In this document: positions 55,604-64,000 of the stretch, in pieces
How positions within the stretch are numbered: position 1 is the stretch's first letter
How the letters are laid out: each line of letters opens with the position of its first letter
Virus record (IMG/VR): IMGVR_UViG_3300034375_010007
Span: 1-64,000 of that record
Origin: a virus
Strand: one strand, 5' to 3'
DNA length: 64,000 nt
The notes under the pieces: model-generated
What the model saw: only the letters and a program-made list of their open reading frames with translations
Databases searched by the model: none
What the model was told of the DNA's origin: nothing
Made by a program: the position numbers and the translations under genes

Positions 55604-58422
55604 TGTTGAATGTATCACCCGCGGTCTTCAATTCTAGGTTACCGGTACCGCTTATTAAAGAAATAAGAATTATCCCTGTGGAGCAAGAGCAGATAAAGCA
55701 GTTTAACTTTATTGTTGATGTAGTTGTTAGTACAACAAACGATAGTTATGATAATGCTTTTAATTTAAATGTTAGCGCTATAACATCTAGGAGGGAGGAA
55801 GACCGCCTTAAGATACCACAGATCTTGATAGGCTATGCTAAAGCTTCCTCCCCATTAATTAAAAATGTTAAAGTTGATAACTTAGTCAAGAATATCTCGC
55901 GACAGTATTTTAATAAAGACGCAGATTCAACTTTATATTCAAAAGTTGTTAGTGTTCCCTTCAGCTTGGAAACGGTAAATGATATAAGGCATCTTTCAAT
56001 TTTGTGCTTTACAAACAGCATAAGTAAAAGGCAAGATTCTAACGTCCCATACAATATGGCGGCTCAAACAGTAAGCACCAGTCGACCAATTCTGGAAAAA
56101 GTATTTAGGCGAGGTTCAATTAGCAGACAATCAGCTGTATATAAAATGCTTAATACAGTAGCAGATTATGGGAAGGAAGGAGATGTATGGGTTGGTCCGG
56201 TTCATTTTCATCCAGGCAGTGGTTTAATGGCAGAGGCACAACATGTTGATCGTCCTCATCCTCGTCTCAGCATGATTATGCTGCCAAACCAGAAGATAAA
56301 AGACTATAGAACTAGAGTAGTTAATGACTTTATAAATTTGCGCCGCCCCATGGAGGCATCAGGGGATTATCTTTCAAAAGTATACTACTCTAGATCCAAA
56401 GATGGTTCTGTAAAAATACACACAAATTTTAGTCTTCTTAGATATTTGAGGCACAATGCCCAACTATCTCACTTGCTAGACAATAACGAGAGTCTTTTAT
56501 CTACCGCTGAATTATTAGATATTAAGGTTTACAGAACCTCTGTAGGTAAAACAAATTATGGTAATTTTTTAACACCTGACAAGATTAGCGATTCTGACTG
56601 TGTTGATGAAACCGCGTCGAAGAGGTTGATTGGTACCTTGGCAGATGGAGCAGTACAAATTATCAAACCAAATCCTACTACAACAGACAATAATCATTTG
56701 TCTTTGCTAATAGTTGATAGTCAAATGACTAACGAGTCGGAGGGCTTATATCATTACGACATTGAAATAGAGATTAATGATAACTCCGCGAAGGTCATTT
56801 CAGAGTTAACAGAGCAACTAAGAAATGCTCTGGTCGAAGCACAATACTATGACTTGAAAGTCAACAACTATGATAAAAAAGTTAAGGATTATGATTTTAA
56901 TACGCTAGCTAGAGAGCAGCAACTTAAAACAGACAAATCTTGGAAAAAGTCTTTAGAACTATACATCTCGGCCTTACGATTTATGTTTGGTAATTCGGTA
57001 GGCAATATTCCAACTACCTTGGTAGCGAGAAACATGCTGGCGTTTGCAAATCCTTACTCGGTAACACCAGAGTCGCTGAGTGAATTTAGCAATATTTTAA
57101 ATGGCTTTATAGAAATATTAGATAAAAATATTCAAAAATCTACTGGCAACATACACAAAAACCAAAACTTTAATTCTAAGATTGCTGGTTCCAATCCTTT
57201 GGTTAAGAAGCTAAAATTTGTTTCCGATATAAAAGAAACCTATCTTAATCAGTTGACAAAAAACAATGGCTTTGATTATTTTGGAGAGTTTATTGCGTCG
57301 TCTAATGCAGGATTAGGTCAAATAAGTTTCCGACAATATGAATTAAGAATTGACAAAGAAGTTCAAAAATATGACGTTTCATCTCCCAATCAAATAGGCA
57401 TTAACAAGTATGGCTTTTTATCACCTAGAATTATCTCAACAAATACAGTATCGATAGAGACTGCAAAAAACATGGATTTTAATCAGTCCTTGGACCTTTT
57501 GAGTGCAAACGAAAATAAGTCTACAATGTCTAAGAACTTTAAAGCCAATCCTACAATAGAAACGGCAAAACTTGATTCAATGAATTTTCTTCTGGGACAG
57601 TCAGGGCTTCAGTTTGAGCCCAAGTTAACAAGTCTTAAAAAGATTCGTAACAGTGTTCCTGGCAAAACAGCTGAAGTTATAGACTCCTCGGAGTATTTGT
57701 CTGATTCAAGTCCGTTTGTTAAAACGGGACGAGATGCAAGGACGGCAGTATCAGGAAGTGAGCTTATAAAGTTCAAGAATAGTATTAGAGAAAATACAAA
57801 GTTTGCGGATAATCCTTTGCTTAGGAGAATATTGGAAGCTAAAGCAACGTCGTTTAGAGCCGTCCAAGCGTCGGATATTGAATTAATATCTGGTTCTTTA
57901 GCAGCTACTCAATTACAAAGTGTTCCTGAGAGTATACAAGAGCTTAACAGCCTGGAGCAAAACATCAATTTTAATTCAGTTGTAAGAGTGGAATATTCAA
58001 CGGGCATAGGCGACCAGTGGCTTCCACTGAATAATCAGAGCTACCAAACAATTAAAAATGCAAATGGCGCCATAGTATGTCGGATATCACAACAGAATAA
58101 AGTTCTTAATGTCGAGAACAGATTTTATTTAGAGGGTTATGATCAGCTGTTTATTCTGGGTGATACCGCTGGGCAAGCAGCAAATAGTCGTCCTACATCT
58201 GATCAGCTAATAGATTCTATCAAGAAAGATGTTAAAAAACTATTTACTGAAACTCTTAACTATAAGAGCGCTGGCGGTGGAGTAATGTCAGAATATCTTT
58301 CAAGTCCAGTAACATCCAGGGATTTAGCTGCGAGGGCACCCCGCCGCTCCAGTCGTAGACAGAGGACAACCACGACAGCACGAACTACAGGCGGAACAAC
58401 TAGTGGAGGGGGCAGTTACTAA
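55603..58422 (+). CDS. Large hypothetical virion protein
   Basis: Long ORF; WVGPVHFH...H.D.PH His motif; low-complexity tail ending GGGSY. Confidence 0.7.
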   Translation: MLNVSPAVFNSRLPVPLIKEIRIIPVEQEQIKQFNFIVDVVVSTTNDSYDNAFNLNVSAITSRREEDRLKIPQILIGYAKASSPLIKNVKVDNLVKNISRQYFNKDADSTLYSKVVSVPFSLETVNDIRHLSILCFTNSISKRQDSNVPYNMAAQTVSTSRPILEKVFRRGSISRQSAVYKMLNTVADYGKEGDVWVGPVHFHPGSGLMAEAQHVDRPHPRLSMIMLPNQKIKDYRTRVVNDFINLRRPMEASGDYLSKVYYSRSKDGSVKIHTNFSLLRYLRHNAQLSHLLDNNESLLSTAELLDIKVYRTSVGKTNYGNFLTPDKISDSDCVDETASKRLIGTLADGAVQIIKPNPTTTDNNHLSLLIVDSQMTNESEGLYHYDIEIEINDNSAKVISELTEQLRNALVEAQYYDLKVNNYDKKVKDYDFNTLAREQQLKTDKSWKKSLELYISALRFMFGNSVGNIPTTLVARNMLAFANPYSVTPESLSEFSNILNGFIEILDKNIQKSTGNIHKNQNFNSKIAGSNPLVKKLKFVSDIKETYLNQLTKNNGFDYFGEFIASSNAGLGQISFRQYELRIDKEVQKYDVSSPNQIGINKYGFLSPRIISTNTVSIETAKNMDFNQSLDLLSANENKSTMSKNFKANPTIETAKLDSMNFLLGQSGLQFEPKLTSLKKIRNSVPGKTAEVIDSSEYLSDSSPFVKTGRDARTAVSGSELIKFKNSIRENTKFADNPLLRRILEAKATSFRAVQASDIELISGSLAATQLQSVPESIQELNSLEQNINFNSVVRVEYSTGIGDQWLPLNNQSYQTIKNANGAIVCRISQQNKVLNVENRFYLEGYDQLFILGDTAGQAANSRPTSDQLIDSIKKDVKKLFTETLNYKSAGGGVMSEYLSSPVTSRDLAARAPRRSSRRQRTTTTARTTGGTTSGGGSY

Positions 58423-58424
58423 AA

Positions 58425-61250
58425 ATGTCAATAGGTTTTAAAGTATATGAAGCTGTAAATGCAAATTTGCTCGGTCTAAATAAAGACGAGCGAAAATCTG
58501 GAGATTATCAGTTACATCCCTTAATCAGAGATGACTGGAGGTCAGTTGATAAATATAGAGATCTGCAGGGCAACGTTCCGGCTTTTACAACCAATCAAGA
58601 TGGTGATTTAATAGTTGAAGAACGTGTGGCTGTTGTAGGATCGACGTTCTTTAGACCTTTCGGAGGCCCGAACAGTGCTTATACCCAGATCGACGGGTCG
58701 AGCCCTAGTGAGACAATAACCATAAAACTGAGAGCAGAAAACTATTTTGCGAATACGGATTGGAATGAGGGGAACATTAATGGAATCCAAGATCTGAATG
58801 ATCTTTTGGAGCAAAATAACCCCGGTGGCGACTTTGCAGGCATTCCCTATTTTGAAAAGTTCTTTCATGTTAACAACCCTAATCTCTCGGAACCTTATGG
58901 GCTGCTGACAACAGACCCGAGAATGGCTGGCGCCACCAGAAATATTAAGCCCATAATGCAGCAAGATTGGACAGCTGGCTTGAGTGCTAGTAATCCTATT
59001 TTTAATCATAAGTTTAATTATCGCTATTATGATCGAACAATGCAGGGTTCCACGTACGATATAGAAGTGGAGTCTACATATAATCTATTTTTAGATACGG
59101 ATCCTGACTATGAGGCTGCTATAGCTGATGTGCCAGAAGCCACAATACCCAACTTCTACCATATTGAGATCTCTACTGGCATTGTTCAGAATAATCCAAA
59201 CGGACTGGTTCCGCCGGCATACAAACTGTTTGATATTAATAATGAAGATTACAGTCAGCTATTAGCAGGAAGCTTAAGCGGGTCGGATATAACCGAAGAC
59301 CAAACCAATTCACAAGGATTTCTACAATTTTACGCAAATAACGTAAGTAACATATCTGAAGATTATAAGACTGATTTTGGAAACGTTGCAGTTTTATCAC
59401 ACGATGTGGCCGATGGAATTCTAAGTGCCATCAATGGCACAATAAGAGATGACAGAGGCACCACCACTGAGCAGGACGATTTCTATGCTATTGAAACCTA
59501 TCCGTTTTACAACAAGATAACAATCCCGTATGCAAATCAATGGGACACGGGCAATAATATAATAGAGACGCTAATTGGCGCCCCCGGCCTCGACCTTGAA
59601 TGGACTCAGAATTTCATTACTTTATTAGAATTATTAATTATTGAGAAATACAAAGGGTCTAATACGCCCTCTACTTCTCTACCTTTTGTGATATACGATA
59701 CCGATGATGGAAATAAAGTTGTTTCTCAAAGTCAAAATGTTGACTTGGCGATAAGAGTGGAAGATGTGTTAAATGCTTTGATTGCTTTGATAAATCAAGA
59801 TACAAGCAACAGCCTTTACCAAGATATAGACGATATTTTTTCAACTGAAAACGGAATCGGAATCGAGAATTATCTTACTGGCGAAGTTCCTCCTCGTGGC
59901 GCTCGTAGCGGCGCCTCGTTTATACAGAATTACGGCGATCCAAGTGCAGCTGATAGCTTTTTTAATAGCTTTTCTAACTGGTATACTAATCTCGATCTTG
60001 ATCAATTGAATGCCGCTAAAAACATCTTTGGCTCATTTAGACTCGGCGGAAACGGAACAACAGGAGAATTCCGAAGAATTTATCAATCCAGACCGGCGAC
60101 ATCAAACCACTCAGATACACCCATTATGTATATGGTTGAGAAAAGGGTGATACCAGTGGGACAGTTATCAGTTGATGCAAATGATTCTAGCACAGTGGTG
60201 CAACGGTTCTTCTTTGGTAGAGACATAGCATCTGCCCCGGGTCAAGAAAAAGGAATTACTTACTACGACACTCAGATCAAGTATGGTGTTCGGTACCAAT
60301 ACGATATCAAGCAAATTAGATTGGTTGTTGGAGAGCGATACTACTATCATGACTATGCATCGATCACCAACTCTGGCTCTGTCCATCAGGGTCGTGCCAT
60401 AGGCAATGCTCTAGGGTTCTATGCGGAAGAGAGCATTGGTATTACTTCAACCCAAACATTCCAAATTGCTAACAATTTGGAAGGATTTAGTTACTTACCT
60501 GAGAATGAGGAGACTCCGTTCATTCCAGTGACCGGTGCCCATCAAGGATATTACGTCTATAAAATCCCAGTACTTGCCGAGATTGGTAGCACCGTTGCCG
60601 ACATAAATGATATCTTTTTTGATGGATTAAGCCCGAATTTGTTTAACGAGACCGTCAGCCCAACTTGGGGTATATCCCCAGACGCATTTGACTTGAACTT
60701 GCTTTTAATACAGATCAGAGGTGGCGACGGTTTTGATGGAAACTTTTCCGGCGGCGCGATTGGTGTGGCAGATGTTGGGGAGCTTCCTCAGTCCACCACG
60801 GACCAGCTATCGGGAGAAAACCCCGTTGCCCTCACCCTGCCTGATGGCGACGACATTCCAGTTCAACAAATGACCGGACAAGCAGCCCAAACAGTACAAC
60901 AACAGGCGACATCCGCAATGGAAGCTGTGATAGCATCACAAATATCATCCGGTCAGATACAGACAGGTCAGGTGAGTATCCCTGGACTCACCAACCTCCC
61001 GGGGAATCCTGGCGGCCCATCTGCTTCTGGTGGATTTGGGGGCAATATACCGAATATCAGCAACTTATCACTTAATCCATCAGATCCGTTGAGTAGTAAT
61101 GTCACTAGCTTGCCTCCGGGAGCAGGGCTACAACAGGATGTTCTTCAAAATGCTGGTATTAATACGGAGCAGAGTGTTGATCAGGGTGTTGCTAGTAATA
61201 TTCAAGACCGGATAATCAATTTCAGAAATAATGGTTATTTAGGTCGATAG
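58425..61250 (+). CDS. Large hypothetical virion protein
   Basis: 941 aa; FN3-like YYDTQIKYGVRYQY; Gly/Pro/Gln-rich tail. Confidence 0.7.
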   Translation: MSIGFKVYEAVNANLLGLNKDERKSGDYQLHPLIRDDWRSVDKYRDLQGNVPAFTTNQDGDLIVEERVAVVGSTFFRPFGGPNSAYTQIDGSSPSETITIKLRAENYFANTDWNEGNINGIQDLNDLLEQNNPGGDFAGIPYFEKFFHVNNPNLSEPYGLLTTDPRMAGATRNIKPIMQQDWTAGLSASNPIFNHKFNYRYYDRTMQGSTYDIEVESTYNLFLDTDPDYEAAIADVPEATIPNFYHIEISTGIVQNNPNGLVPPAYKLFDINNEDYSQLLAGSLSGSDITEDQTNSQGFLQFYANNVSNISEDYKTDFGNVAVLSHDVADGILSAINGTIRDDRGTTTEQDDFYAIETYPFYNKITIPYANQWDTGNNIIETLIGAPGLDLEWTQNFITLLELLIIEKYKGSNTPSTSLPFVIYDTDDGNKVVSQSQNVDLAIRVEDVLNALIALINQDTSNSLYQDIDDIFSTENGIGIENYLTGEVPPRGARSGASFIQNYGDPSAADSFFNSFSNWYTNLDLDQLNAAKNIFGSFRLGGNGTTGEFRRIYQSRPATSNHSDTPIMYMVEKRVIPVGQLSVDANDSSTVVQRFFFGRDIASAPGQEKGITYYDTQIKYGVRYQYDIKQIRLVVGERYYYHDYASITNSGSVHQGRAIGNALGFYAEESIGITSTQTFQIANNLEGFSYLPENEETPFIPVTGAHQGYYVYKIPVLAEIGSTVADINDIFFDGLSPNLFNETVSPTWGISPDAFDLNLLLIQIRGGDGFDGNFSGGAIGVADVGELPQSTTDQLSGENPVALTLPDGDDIPVQQMTGQAAQTVQQQATSAMEAVIASQISSGQIQTGQVSIPGLTNLPGNPGGPSASGGFGGNIPNISNLSLNPSDPLSSNVTSLPPGAGLQQDVLQNAGINTEQSVDQGVASNIQDRIINFRNNGYLGR

Positions 61251-61263
61251 AGAGTAATAAATT

Positions 61264-62514
61264 ATGACTACGTTAACAAACTGGTGGCTTGACTTTGATG
61301 AGGTGTACAATAATGGAAGTACGGTCCAATATTCTTATGGTCCATTTGAATATGACTTAAATGGAGATATCAGCGTTCAGCAGTTTTTGGACGACATTAA
61401 TAATAGATTTGTAGGCCGCGCGCTTACTGGGTTCCTCGACTGGCCAACATATGAAATAAGTGCTCAAATTTTAGGAGGGTATTACAACAATGACGCTCCA
61501 AAAAACAACTTCGCGGTAAAATACACGATCACTGCTGCTGACCCTGGAAATCAGTTTGGTGGACTAAGTGAATATAAGATAGCGTTCAGAAGTGGACCAC
61601 ACGGTTCGAACGTTCCTGTTTATATAAATGATGCCCCTGTTCCTCGCGGCGAGATTACCATCAAGTCAGACATGGATACAAGAGCGGCAGTTATCCCATA
61701 TTCAACACATATTAATACTATTTTAGATAACCCGCCTGTTCCGCCAGACTTCAGAATTGTTCCGTTCAGTGGCGTAAGTAATCGTTTGCTATTGTTGCTC
61801 AATTCTAGCACTGGTGAATTTGATGCAACTCCGGTTTTGATTAAAGAAAACGATCTAGAGGCGGTTGTAAATCAGTATGTTGCACAGACAAACAACCCCA
61901 TTACTCTTGAGGATGCTCGGGAACAGATTAACAATAGAACTTTAAAAATAACCTACAAGAACGATGACCCGATCGACAGATACGAAATTTTTAGAACAAC
62001 GACAAAACCAGAGTCATATGCAGACTTTGCGTTATCGGCTGCACCATACAAAACAATTAGCGGCAGAATAACAATGGATAAAAGAGCATCCGGTGCTCAC
62101 TTGATTGATGATATTCAACCTAATACAAAATATTATTATTGTGTTCGAGCAATAGACGTTCATAATAATTTCTCAAACCCAACGCACGTTTTTGAGGCTG
62201 AGTTGGTTGACAACGAAGGACAAGTCTATTTGATTCTAAAGACTATTTATTTTGAAGAAAAAATAGAAAGAACTGAAACAAAGCCCGGAAGAAGGTATAT
62301 TTATATTGAGCCTTCGTTACGTAACTTGGTCTACGATGATTCGATTAGTTCGGATCAAGCATCCAACCAAGCGCCCTCTAGTAACATTCTTGGACCCGCT
62401 GGGGACGCCGATTGTTGGGATAAAACATTGAAAATTAGAGTAACAAGTAAAAAGACAGGCAAGAAAGTAGACTTAAACGTTACATTCAAAAATACTGGAG
62501 TTGTAACTCCATAG
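61264..62514 (+). CDS. Fibronectin type III-like virion protein
   Basis: PPVPP, YEIFR, DDIQPNTKYYYCVRAIDVHNNFSNP. Confidence 0.7.
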   Translation: MTTLTNWWLDFDEVYNNGSTVQYSYGPFEYDLNGDISVQQFLDDINNRFVGRALTGFLDWPTYEISAQILGGYYNNDAPKNNFAVKYTITAADPGNQFGGLSEYKIAFRSGPHGSNVPVYINDAPVPRGEITIKSDMDTRAAVIPYSTHINTILDNPPVPPDFRIVPFSGVSNRLLLLLNSSTGEFDATPVLIKENDLEAVVNQYVAQTNNPITLEDAREQINNRTLKITYKNDDPIDRYEIFRTTTKPESYADFALSAAPYKTISGRITMDKRASGAHLIDDIQPNTKYYYCVRAIDVHNNFSNPTHVFEAELVDNEGQVYLILKTIYFEEKIERTETKPGRRYIYIEPSLRNLVYDDSISSDQASNQAPSSNILGPAGDADCWDKTLKIRVTSKKTGKKVDLNVTFKNTGVVTP

Positions 62515-62533
62515 GATTTATTTAAAACAAACA

Positions 62534-62541
62534 ACTATTTA
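62534..62541 (+). promoter_or_regulatory. ACTANTTA motif (ACTATTTA)
   Basis: Intergenic, before GAGG SD and ATG 62561. Confidence 0.55.
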
Positions 62542-62560
62542 AATAACGAGAGGTAAACAC

Positions 62561-63520
62561 ATGGGATTTCTAGACAATTCAGGCGACATTATATTGGACG
62601 CCGTACTAACAGACACAGGCAGGATGCGCTTGGCAAAGGGCGATGGCACCTTTAGGATTTCGAAATTTGCTTTAGGCGATGACGAAATCGATTACGGACT
62701 ATACGATAAGAACAACGCTAGCGGATCTGCATATTATGACATCACAATTCTTCAGTCTCCGGTTTTAGAAGCTTTTACCAACAACACCTCTCTGATGAAG
62801 TCAAAGCTTTTAACTGTTAACAGAAACGATTTACTTTACCTACCGGTAGTTAAGTTATTCACAACAGCAGGACAGGGCTCAGCGAAGCACTCTTCTGGAA
62901 CGTTCGTCATCCCGGTAGATAAAACTACAATTGACAACCTAGGGACTCTGTCAGAGGGTATTCTAAATGGCTATAAGCCAAACGACGACGTTTCGCACAT
63001 CGCCACCGATCAGGGACTAGACACCACGGAGGTTTCTAACGAAGAGACACTAGCGAGAGATTTGATTGAAACACAGTACATTGTAGAGTTGGACAATCGA
63101 TTGGGACAAATTTTCCCACCTCCATCAGCGCCGGGTTCTACCAACACAAGACTAACTACTGATACAGCGATTCCGGGAGCTACACCATCCTTTATCGATG
63201 ATGACAATATTGCTTCATACTTCTTTAATCTGACTGCTGGAACAGGCTATGTAACAAACTTAGGTGGAACAACCGAATCTTCTGTCGCCGGTCCAAGAGG
63301 AACCAGATTCCAGTTTAGAATTGGCTCGTCTTTGGATTTGAGAACCAGTGATTTTCTTTTCACCCAGATTGGAACATTGGCTACCACAAATCTCTCCAAC
63401 CCATCAGGGAACGACTTGTCGGCAAATCAGTGGAGATTTATTGACTCAACTGTTCGCGTAACAGGTGTTAACACAGGGTATCGTGTAGATGTCCCAATTA
63501 GATTTGTTAAATCGGTATAG
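62561..63520 (+). CDS. Virion structural (baseplate/tail-associated) protein
   Basis: MGFLDNSGDIILDAVLTDTGR.RLAKG...KFALGDDEIDY...PVLEAFT. Confidence 0.7.
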   Translation: MGFLDNSGDIILDAVLTDTGRMRLAKGDGTFRISKFALGDDEIDYGLYDKNNASGSAYYDITILQSPVLEAFTNNTSLMKSKLLTVNRNDLLYLPVVKLFTTAGQGSAKHSSGTFVIPVDKTTIDNLGTLSEGILNGYKPNDDVSHIATDQGLDTTEVSNEETLARDLIETQYIVELDNRLGQIFPPPSAPGSTNTRLTTDTAIPGATPSFIDDDNIASYFFNLTAGTGYVTNLGGTTESSVAGPRGTRFQFRIGSSLDLRTSDFLFTQIGTLATTNLSNPSGNDLSANQWRFIDSTVRVTGVNTGYRVDVPIRFVKSV

Positions 63521-63529
63521 GAATAAAAA

Positions 63530-64000
63530 ATGGCTACTACTTTCAAAACTTTAAATGCAAAAGACGTAATTTCTACGAGGAATCTTCTTCATGAGGCCAT
63601 TCCTATTACCGGACAGATTGTGTCTGGAACTTACAGTGATCTAAATATTAAAAACTTTTCTCACGGGATCTTCCAGTCAGTTTACGATTATCCTTACCTT
63701 AGCTCCTCAGCGAACCATATTTTTGATCTAACGGCTGGCTATGCAGCCACTTCTTCTTTGGCCGGCGCCGGCAATGTGCAGAATGCCAAAAAGATTAACA
63801 TTTATAATCAGATGGCTCAAGTATTGGTCGGGTTTGATGAGAACAATGATATTAGACGATTCGATGAAGATGGAAACCTAACAGATGGCGGTACAAAAAT
63901 TGATGAAGCTTACTTCTTTAACTTTACTCGACTTCTCACAAAGGATGAGGTAAAGAAAGGATCGTTCACACTTGAGCTTGGAGTTAATGCGACATACGGC
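63530..64000 (+). CDS. Virion structural protein (3' partial, not in the ORF track)
   Basis: AGGA SD; MATTFKTLNAKDVISTRNLLHEAIPITGQIVSGTY... open to the window end. Confidence 0.75.
   Translation, partial: MATTFKTLNAKDVISTRNLLHEAIPITGQIVSGTYSDLNIKNFSHGIFQSVYDYPYLSSSANHIFDLTAGYAATSSLAGAGNVQNAKKINIYNQMAQVLVGFDENNDIRRFDEDGNLTDGGTKIDEAYFFNFTRLLTKDEVKKGSFTLELGVNATYG

Noticed and set aside
58425-62514. Possible split of one FN3-containing gene
   Set aside because: Both ORFs have clean ends and the second has its own SD-like GAGAG; it cannot be supported without homolog alignments.
1-64000. Stop-codon reassignment
   Set aside because: TAA, TAG and TGA all end genes at tight junctions, and long conserved ORFs are intact under code 11.
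42782-64000. Diversity-generating retroelement or invertible tail-fibre cassette
   Set aside because: No reverse transcriptase, recombinase or long near-identical repeat pair was noticed.

Overview
This window reads as part of a large (jumbo-type) tailed phage genome with a contractile-tail, T4-like baseplate. Genes are densely packed, almost all on the + strand, and use the standard code. No bacterial core housekeeping genes are present. Left to right: (1) a partial kinase-like gene and a complete minus-strand yeaH-spoVR-prkA operon with its own terminator; (2) a desaturase, HNH nuclease, amidase and a frameshifted thioesterase; (3) a ~9 kb block (8.1-17.1 kb) of proteins sharing MKL(I/L)LENW..FL.E-type leaders and small Glu-bounded modules, resembling T4 capsid-targeted internal proteins; (4) a tmRNA (tag ANDANYGLALAA), a SpoU methyltransferase and five CCA-ending tRNAs; (5) PIN-PhoH, a zinc peptidase and a Cas4-like nuclease; (6) a glycosylation locus with three GT4 enzymes, Gmd and FkbM, including an AT-rich nonulosonic-acid-like cassette (Maf/CstII-like, NeuA, RraA-type aldolase, NeuB, histidine phosphatase); (7) a gp55-like sigma factor; (8) ~29 kb of baseplate/tail genes. 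An ACTANTTA motif recurs upstream of at least nine genes and is a candidate late promoter. All family calls come from motif recognition by eye; no database searches were run.
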